Source of the DNA: Candidatus Omnitrophota bacterium
Lineage (GTDB): Bacteria > Omnitrophota > Gorgyraeia > Zapsychrales > Fredricksoniimonadaceae
NCBI GenBank assembly: GCA_903860135.1
Contig: CAIOPG010000004.1
Location: forward strand, 85,558-149,557
Length of the DNA stretch: 64,000 nucleotides
Direction: 5' to 3'
Shown here: piece after piece, positions 57,716-64,000 of the stretch
How positions within the stretch are numbered: the first letter of the stretch is position 1
Layout of the letters: the number at the start of each line of letters is the position of its first letter
Notes under the pieces: generated by a model
The model's database searches: none
What the model saw: only the letters and a program-made list of their open reading frames with translations
What the model was told of the DNA's origin: nothing
Made by a program: the position numbers and the translations under genes

Positions 57716-58343
57716 GTTTAACCTTATGAATTGATTTCACACTGCTATTCTTATATGTGTTCCAAGCAATTTGATAATCATTAGCTTGATTTCCCCAAGA
57801 CACCCATCCTTTTCTATTCCCTCTAGCAAATAATTCTAAGTATGGGCCAGGACTACATTTTTCAATAATTTCATATTGTTCATCAGGCTTTCGTGAATGC
57901 TCTCTCTTCATTGACCTAATAATATTTACTTGTTTCCTCCCCGGAGCCAAAGTTCTCATTGAACCTCTAATGCCAAATAAAATAACTTCTGTAGTATTGC
58001 GAAAATAAAAACCTACTCCCCTTCCATCAGGCCCACCATCTTTTCGAACCTTATGCCAAATTAAATTACATTTGTATTTAAATCCCCAAGCCTTCATTAC
58101 CTCTAGCCCTTCAGGTAACAGAGCATTAGGAACCCATAAATACAAATGTGACGGCTTATCAGCTGATAGCTCAACGGGTATTTTACAAATCTCTTCTAAA
58201 GATAATGTGCCATAACGATTCAAGCGCTTATGCTCCGGCGCCATTTTCCCTGTTCGATTAAGAAATTGCCAAGGAGGATCAGCTAATATTGTTTTAAATT
58301 CTCGTCCTTTTATAAAATGAACGAAATCATCAGGTGCTGTCAT
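57708..58343 (-). CDS. MT-A70-family adenine methyltransferase
   Basis: ILADPPW, HLYLWVPN, WGFKYK, FRNTTE and HSRKPDE. Confidence 0.93.
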   Translation of the reverse strand: MTAPDDFVHFIKGREFKTILADPPWQFLNRTGKMAPEHKRLNRYGTLSLEEICKIPVELSADKPSHLYLWVPNALLPEGLEVMKAWGFKYKCNLIWHKVRKDGGPDGRGVGFYFRNTTEVILFGIRGSMRTLAPGRKQVNIIRSMKREHSRKPDEQYEIIEKCSPGPYLELFARGNRKGWVSWGNQANDYQIAWNTYKNSSVKSIHKVKHD

Positions 58344-58348
58344 TTTTT

Positions 58349-58933
58349 CTACTCAGTATATGTTTTTCTAGAAATACCAATCACTAAGATAGGACATCCT
58401 GCCCCACCACCACCCTCAATCCTAGGCAACAACTTCGACATATGTGTCGTCGAATTACCATAAGATTTTCCTCTCTTAAGCTCACAAAATAATTTTTGTA
58501 GCTCATCACATCTTGTAATAATTATTCCAACACTAATGGCTCTTAAATCAAATAGCAATCGAAAGTTGTTAAGATCCCTGTCAAAGAAGGGGTCCTTATT
58601 ATTCCACTCAAGCTCCAAGGCAACTCGATTTTTAAAGCAATCCACATTATGTGTGGGAGAATCCATGCTGTGTCCATCAACCTCAACCTTCGTCGAAAAC
58701 TGTTTTTCAACCCATCCCCTTTGACCTAAGAAACTATCAACCCACTTAGCCAAATTCGTTTTGTTACCACCTTTAACAGTAATCCAAGACTTCTTTAATT
58801 CAAAAGCTTTTAGCATTTCAATTACATCATTCCACTCATCAGGAAAATCATTCTTCAAGACAGCACAAGCATGCTTCCATTCATGACACTCGAACTTTTC
58901 TCTGATATCTTTTGGAATATCTGTAAGACTCAT
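58349..58933 (-). CDS. BglII/BstYI-family type II restriction endonuclease
   Basis: THNVDCFKNRVALELEWNNKDPFFDRDL, GIIITR and PILVIGI. Confidence 0.88.
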   Translation of the reverse strand: MSLTDIPKDIREKFECHEWKHACAVLKNDFPDEWNDVIEMLKAFELKKSWITVKGGNKTNLAKWVDSFLGQRGWVEKQFSTKVEVDGHSMDSPTHNVDCFKNRVALELEWNNKDPFFDRDLNNFRLLFDLRAISVGIIITRCDELQKLFCELKRGKSYGNSTTHMSKLLPRIEGGGGAGCPILVIGISRKTYTE

Positions 58934-59075
58934 AAACCCTCTCAGTTAGTTTGGTCATTATTTCCAACCTTGAGGGTTTATTATACAAAAAATATTGTAA
59001 AAGTATGCCATTAATTCTAACCACTATTTAATAATACTATTTCTCTTAGCATATAATTAACTACGATTCTAGATA

Positions 59076-59100
59076 AGCACCAGTAGCATAGACTGATGCT
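59076..59100. other. Integrase core-type site (9-bp inverted arms, 7-bp spacer)
   Basis: AGCACCAGT-AGCATAG-ACTGATGCT, 45 bp past the int stop; 59090-59105 matches 56941-56956 at 15/16. Confidence 0.6.
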
Positions 59101-59145
59101 CTATTTAAAAACAACTCCTTATCCAAAGCTTTAACATCATCAATA

Positions 59146-60210
59146 TTAAACAGTTGCAAGTTCTTGCTCCATAGGTTCAGTTGCCAACTCTTGCTCTAGT
59201 GTCCTAATAGTGTCCACCTTAGGAAGAAGACAATCGACGGCCCTTTGTTTATGATTCTTAGAAAGATGAGCATAAATCATTGTGGTCTTCATATCAGCAT
59301 GACCAAGAAGTTCTTTAATTGTAATAATATCCACTCCCTTCATAGCTAATTGGGAAGCAAAGGTATGCCTAAGGTCATGAAACCTAAACTCAGTAATCCC
59401 TGCCTTCTTTAAAACTAAAAAGAAAATAGACCTGATATCTTTAAGAGGTTGTCCATCCCTCTTACAAAAGACATATTGGCTCTTGGGATGTTTCCTTACA
59501 CCAATTAAAGCATCCACCACCCTTTGATTCATATTTATAATTCTCTTCTTCCCACTCTTGGTTTGAAGCAGTTCAATATGATTGCGGTTAAAATCAATGT
59601 CTCTCCAAGTCAAATTTAATATCTCACTCCTTCTCATGCCAGTATATACAGCCACAATAACAATAGCTCTAGTGTTGCCTTTGCTTACTTCAATTAACTT
59701 TTCAATCTCATGGTCCTCAAGATACCTAAGCTTATGATTATCCTCTTTGAAGAATTTGACCTCTTTCAAAGGATTGGAGCCATCAAAGTCTTTCCACCTA
59801 GTAGCCATATTAAACATAGCCTTAAGACGAGCTAATCCCCTATTAACAGTTGCAGGGCTAACATCTTTAATCCTCTCCCCTTTAAATCTTTCAATATCCA
59901 AAGGAGTTATCTCATTAAGAAATCTTCCAGAAAATAATTTCTTAAGCATTGATACCTGACCACCTGATGCTCTCATGTAATTCCTGTGATTCACTTTGCA
60001 ATGCATATCCAAATACTTATCTGCAAAGTCTTCAAACCTAACTTGCTTTTCCTTCTTAATATCAAGGAACTTATTTTCAGCAATCTCAGTCCTAACCTTA
60101 GCCCAAGCATTATCAGCAAGAGTTTTGCTAGGCCCGACCTTTTGGCGATGCCTTCTGCCATTGAATCTGTAATCAAGCCACCAAGATTGTCTTTTAAAAA
60201 CTACGCCCAT
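59146..60210 (-). CDS. Tyrosine recombinase/integrase
   Basis: TGMRRSE (R), TKSG (K), FHDLRH, LLGH and TMIY; N-terminal arm-binding and SAM-like domains. Confidence 0.96.
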   Translation of the reverse strand: MGVVFKRQSWWLDYRFNGRRHRQKVGPSKTLADNAWAKVRTEIAENKFLDIKKEKQVRFEDFADKYLDMHCKVNHRNYMRASGGQVSMLKKLFSGRFLNEITPLDIERFKGERIKDVSPATVNRGLARLKAMFNMATRWKDFDGSNPLKEVKFFKEDNHKLRYLEDHEIEKLIEVSKGNTRAIVIVAVYTGMRRSEILNLTWRDIDFNRNHIELLQTKSGKKRIINMNQRVVDALIGVRKHPKSQYVFCKRDGQPLKDIRSIFFLVLKKAGITEFRFHDLRHTFASQLAMKGVDIITIKELLGHADMKTTMIYAHLSKNHKQRAVDCLLPKVDTIRTLEQELATEPMEQELATV

Positions 60211-60265
60211 AGCCTAAACCTCATGTGTCCTTTTGAAGGAGCATTTGAATTATATGAGAACTTTC

Positions 60266-60475
60266 TCAAGGTTGTAAATGAAAATCTCGTCGAGCTTCAA
60301 CATTCTTACTCCTAGCCCAATTATCAAGCCTATGTAAATCAAACCTCACAGCTCTCCCAAATTTGGTATAAGGAATCTTGCCCAACCTCACCCATGCCCT
60401 AATAGTGGGCTTAGACAAATTGAGGTAGGAAGACACATCTTCTATATCAAGGAATCTTTTTTCCATAGGCACCAC
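60266..60475 (-). CDS. Excisionase-like HTH_17 protein
   Basis: FLDIEDVSSYLNLSKPTIRAWV..GKIP..KFGRAVRF. Confidence 0.88.
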   Translation of the reverse strand: MVPMEKRFLDIEDVSSYLNLSKPTIRAWVRLGKIPYTKFGRAVRFDLHRLDNWARSKNVEARRDFHLQP

Positions 60476-60526
60476 ACAGGTACAAAGTAGTAAATTAATT
60501 AATCCAATAAATTTACAAAATTGCCC

Positions 60527-61699
60527 CTATGAGTTTGCCATCAACCTCCTAAAGTGTTCCCCAAGAAACCAGTCCCACTCATCAGTCAACTTAATCACTT
60601 TCTCAGGCATCCCAACCTTGCCTTCTATGTTTTGAATTCTTACAACATTTAAAATTTCAAGGTCTCTCATGTATCTTATTGCTATCACTCTTGAGCACTT
60701 TACGGCTTCCATTACCTCTGTAGTAGTTAGCTCTCCCTTTTTAAGAATGAGCTTTTTAAATATCTTTACTCTCGGTATTACTGCTGAACTTAAAACAATC
60801 TTTGAAACAAAATACAAATCCTCAGGATTAATGCTTCCCCTTCCACAAGCCAATGCATGACCTCTTGCAAAGTTATATAGCAAGCTATTCAACCTATCAG
60901 GCTTCTCAGGCTCTGAAATCTTATCCTCATTAATAATTGCCCTTAAATTAGCCAGCAACTTAGACATCATTGCTATGTCTTTTACCAACTCCCTATCTTC
61001 TTTTTCTCTATGCCAATGAACAGGACCTCTTACTTTTAATTCCTGAATCAATTTAGAAGTAATTTTCTGACATCTCTTTTGCTTACAAGAAAAAGAAATA
61101 TCTCCAATATTCTGCTCAACCAATGCATTAATATCCTTATCGGGGTTATCAAGATTATAGGTAAGCAGCCTCGACCCAAGCCTGTTCATTGAGTCCCACA
61201 CTTTTCTTCTTATTGGAGTAGAAGCCCCAAGAAACATAAAATTGTATGACCCTTCATACCCTCTAGAGCCATGAACTCCACCATTATTCTTGTACCCTTG
61301 CCCATCCATAACCCTAATGAGTTTTCCTAGAATATCTGTAAGCTCATCTTCTCTCTTAGAAAACAGAGGAGCCAAATCTCTAACCAAAAGAAGTTTGTCC
61401 TTAATCTTTGGAAGTAAATCCACTTCTTGCTCTAATTCTTTTTTACTCCTAGAAGCACTTTGACTAACAAAGGAAGCTCCTGTGATATTGTCCGTTATGT
61501 ATACCAGCTCACTTAAGGAAGAGAAATAATTAAGGACTATCGTCTTCCCACTACTTGAAACATCTACATATATCAACCCAAAGGGGTGTTTAATGTCCTT
61601 AATAAATAATTGACACACTACACTCAACCCAATCTCTGCAGGTATAACAAATTCAGGGAAACAAATTTGTATTTCTTTTCTCCAAGCAACAATATCCAT
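60527..61699 (-). CDS. MCM/AAA+-like NTPase with C-terminal wHTH (putative replication helicase)
   Basis: SSSGKT Walker A, LLLVRD Walker B, LGASTP, LGSRLL, EKPDR and helical C-terminal HTH. Confidence 0.65.
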   Translation of the reverse strand: MDIVAWRKEIQICFPEFVIPAEIGLSVVCQLFIKDIKHPFGLIYVDVSSSGKTIVLNYFSSLSELVYITDNITGASFVSQSASRSKKELEQEVDLLPKIKDKLLLVRDLAPLFSKREDELTDILGKLIRVMDGQGYKNNGGVHGSRGYEGSYNFMFLGASTPIRRKVWDSMNRLGSRLLTYNLDNPDKDINALVEQNIGDISFSCKQKRCQKITSKLIQELKVRGPVHWHREKEDRELVKDIAMMSKLLANLRAIINEDKISEPEKPDRLNSLLYNFARGHALACGRGSINPEDLYFVSKIVLSSAVIPRVKIFKKLILKKGELTTTEVMEAVKCSRVIAIRYMRDLEILNVVRIQNIEGKVGMPEKVIKLTDEWDWFLGEHFRRLMANS

Positions 61700-61788
61700 A
61701 TCCTTCTCCTTTTGTTAAATGACCTAACCAATGGAGAAAGACTAGCAAGATATTTAAAAGGGTACTTTGCTTTAGAAAAGGTATTTTC

Positions 61789-62808
61789 TTAAAGGTGCTT
61801 GCTGAGGAATGAAATCAACTTAGCTTGATAAAAAGGGGTAAGATTACTAACAGGCCTATCTAAAGCACTAGAGGCCACATGATACATATATTTAATTCTT
61901 TGTGCCTTACTAAGAGGCTTAGGGATTGATGAAGCAAATATATAAGCCTCATCCTCTTTATCTCTTTGAATATAATGTCCAATCACTTCTTCATCATCTT
62001 TTGATAATCTAAATCTTTCTTTTACCCCTGCCCTTCTCTCAGGATATATACCAATACATTTTAGAAACTTTCTAACTACAGAATATGCATCAAACTCAAA
62101 TGAGTTCTCTTTTCCTTTCTTTGAAAAAGAATACTTTGCATCAAAGACATCCCTTAGAAAGATTACACAAGCCCCATTTAGTAAATTAATTGAAACATTC
62201 AAATGCTTAAATTCAGTTCTTAAATGCTCAGGCCTTAACAATACCTTTTCCCAGCCACTAGCTTTTAATATCCTCTTAGACTTTTGTTCAACCCTAATTT
62301 CTAAATACTCTTTAATGTTTTCAATAGTTGCATACCTAATAGCCCTATAGTGAGGGTGGATGCCTTTATTCATTTGATACTCAGTCATTAAGTTATTAGC
62401 TTCATATAAAGACATTACATCTCTTCTTTGTTCATCCAATTTGAAATTAACAATAGAAGCTACTTGTGTCTTATTGTTCCAATCAATGAACAAATCCTTC
62501 TTATCAATTTCTTGTCCTCTCCCAAAAACCAATTCATACCTATCCTTACCATTCTTTAAATATTTCTCTAAAGGAATGACTAGCACCCATTCCATATCCC
62601 TACCCAAGAAATCATGATCAATGAGGTCTTTCAAAGCAGAATTGAATTTTGATTTAGAAAACAATGAGCCATACCCTAATAATTTTTGATTTGTCTCTAC
62701 TTCAAAAATTAATTCCAATATCTTAGAAGCTGTCTTTTTATCCTTAATCTTCTTAATGTATTTAAAAAGAGTTTCGCTTCTTTTATTCTTATTCTTTATT
62801 TTTTTCAT
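61789..62808 (-). CDS. Hypothetical protein
   Basis: 339-aa ORF in AT-rich DNA; no family recognised. Confidence 0.7.
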   Translation of the reverse strand: MKKIKNKNKRSETLFKYIKKIKDKKTASKILELIFEVETNQKLLGYGSLFSKSKFNSALKDLIDHDFLGRDMEWVLVIPLEKYLKNGKDRYELVFGRGQEIDKKDLFIDWNNKTQVASIVNFKLDEQRRDVMSLYEANNLMTEYQMNKGIHPHYRAIRYATIENIKEYLEIRVEQKSKRILKASGWEKVLLRPEHLRTEFKHLNVSINLLNGACVIFLRDVFDAKYSFSKKGKENSFEFDAYSVVRKFLKCIGIYPERRAGVKERFRLSKDDEEVIGHYIQRDKEDEAYIFASSIPKPLSKAQRIKYMYHVASSALDRPVSNLTPFYQAKLISFLSKHL

Positions 62809-63242
62809 AGTTTTATGATAACAAAACTCACCAACAAGGGCATTTTTAATTAACTAGCTACTTTAGGGCTATTACTCCAACTCTCTTTGCCCCTTTTAAG
62901 GCCAATCTCATCCAGCTAATTTAAACGACTACAAGCCAAGGCATATGTATACCCAGTTTTATAAACTCAGAGGCCTTATACGTCATTTAAACGGCTCTTT
63001 TTTATTAGCTTCTGTGTTGTGAGGTGAACTATGTGTGGTATTGGGAATGATTCCCCTCAGGGATAATTGAGAAGGAATAAGTGAGGAAAGTATTTGTATC
63101 AACCAAAATGTAAAACCAAAAACTAGTAGGCTAGTACACCAATGACTTAAGGGATGTATTGATAATAAGGAAAGCTGTTGTCTATCTTTGATATCCTAAA
63201 GAGTAATGTCTTACTGTATTTCTAAATACTGAGTTTATCTTC

Positions 63243-63515
63243 CTAACTCTTCTTATCTCTTAAGCTAAAGAATATAGAACCTCCTATTATCAATACAGGA
63301 AGAACATATCTAATCAGATTGATAAAGACAATACCTACTCTAGTTGCACTACTAATATTCCATTGCCCTTTAATAAGGTCCTTCCCAGGCTCAGCCAATA
63401 GATTATCTAGTGTATGAGGATTAGGGTCATACCAAATAACAAAAGTAGCCAATACAACCCCTATAGAGGCTACTAAGGCTATTGACCATAAGGCTATTAC
63501 TTGTTTCTTATTCAT
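63243..63515 (-). CDS. Small 2-TM hypothetical protein
   Basis: Two hydrophobic helices. Confidence 0.6.
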   Translation of the reverse strand: MNKKQVIALWSIALVASIGVVLATFVIWYDPNPHTLDNLLAEPGKDLIKGQWNISSATRVGIVFINLIRYVLPVLIIGGSIFFSLRDKKS

Positions 63516-63537
63516 AGAGTGTTCTTATCCAATAGCA

Positions 63538-63930
63538 TTAGCTCTTAGTAAATACTACAGCTACCCCTTTGCAAGAAGGCTTATGTATAGTTGTTCCCAT
63601 AGAGCCATAGCCATATTGAGTAGGAACCATTACATTCTTTGCCTCAGAGCCATATTCAATCCTTATTACAGCATCAGCTCCAGCTTCACTTGCTTTCTCT
63701 CTCATCTTGTTATTAAGCTCATCATAAGAAGTATGCTTACTTCCCCCAACAACAGAGATAATACCAATCTCCTTATAGGGCTTATCCAAGTCTTTTGTAG
63801 AAAGAAGCAAATCATCTATATTGCTTTTAGGTAAGAACTTCTCACTAGTAAGAGAGCCATAGTTAACTCTTGTAGAAGCACATCCGACGAGAGTTAATAA
63901 ACATATCCCAATTAACAAAGCCTTCCTCAT
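63538..63930 (-). CDS. Lipoprotein, YbjQ-like fold
   Basis: RBS GGAGG; MRKALL..LVGC lipobox; PYKEIG and KASEAGADAVI. Confidence 0.75.
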   Translation of the reverse strand: MRKALLIGICLLTLVGCASTRVNYGSLTSEKFLPKSNIDDLLLSTKDLDKPYKEIGIISVVGGSKHTSYDELNNKMREKASEAGADAVIRIEYGSEAKNVMVPTQYGYGSMGTTIHKPSCKGVAVVFTKS

Positions 63931-64000
63931 ACCACCTCCCTTTTTTAATTTACTTAATAATTCTATCACCGCATATCGTAGGCGTAAATGATTTTCCACC

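Larger units (their letters stand above)
56936..64000. mobile_element. AT-rich integrative element(s) (satellite-like) at tRNA-Arg; continues beyond the window
   Basis: Abrupt compositional shift; tyrosine integrase, excisionase-like HTH, NTPase and RM-like cargo. Confidence 0.85.

Overview
Bacterial chromosomal window, almost entirely minus-strand coded. The lineage is inferred as Ca. Omnitrophota (OP3) from one lineage-typical protein family, recalled and not searched. 1-45.3 kb is mostly GC-rich core DNA: mlaE, NYN nuclease, lipA, def, panD, trxA, PhoH2, sulP, dedA, a TamB-like gene, two EmrAB-TolC-type efflux operons and one RND operon, a CDF transporter, a flavodiiron protein, an rhlE-like helicase, NlpC/P60, opgGH, apbE, a SWIM-SNF2 helicase and a U32 hydroxylase. 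A small AT-richer patch at 6.1-10.2 kb holds a methyltransferase between duplicated phoH 3' ends, a REP-flanked RAYT and a large modular secreted protein. 45.4-64 kb is an accessory region with three parts. (1) A stack of orphan gene 3' ends. (2) Two integrase-less cassettes in tandem at tRNA-His with a reconstituted attP-like junction; their cargo is AAA-DUF4143, a glycosidase-like protein, an IS66 remnant, a group II intron and an MNT-HEPN pair. (3) An AT-rich tyrosine-integrase element at a tRNA-Arg(TCT) locus, with a BglII-family endonuclease + MT-A70 methyltransferase + membrane protein operon. Best candidates for undescribed systems are the tRNA-His cassette array, the 3-gene REase/MT-A70/membrane module, the conserved-ends/variable-middle secreted protein, and a signal-less ApbE coupled to a putative non-canonical flavinylation substrate. 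All family calls come from motif recognition by eye; no database searches were run.
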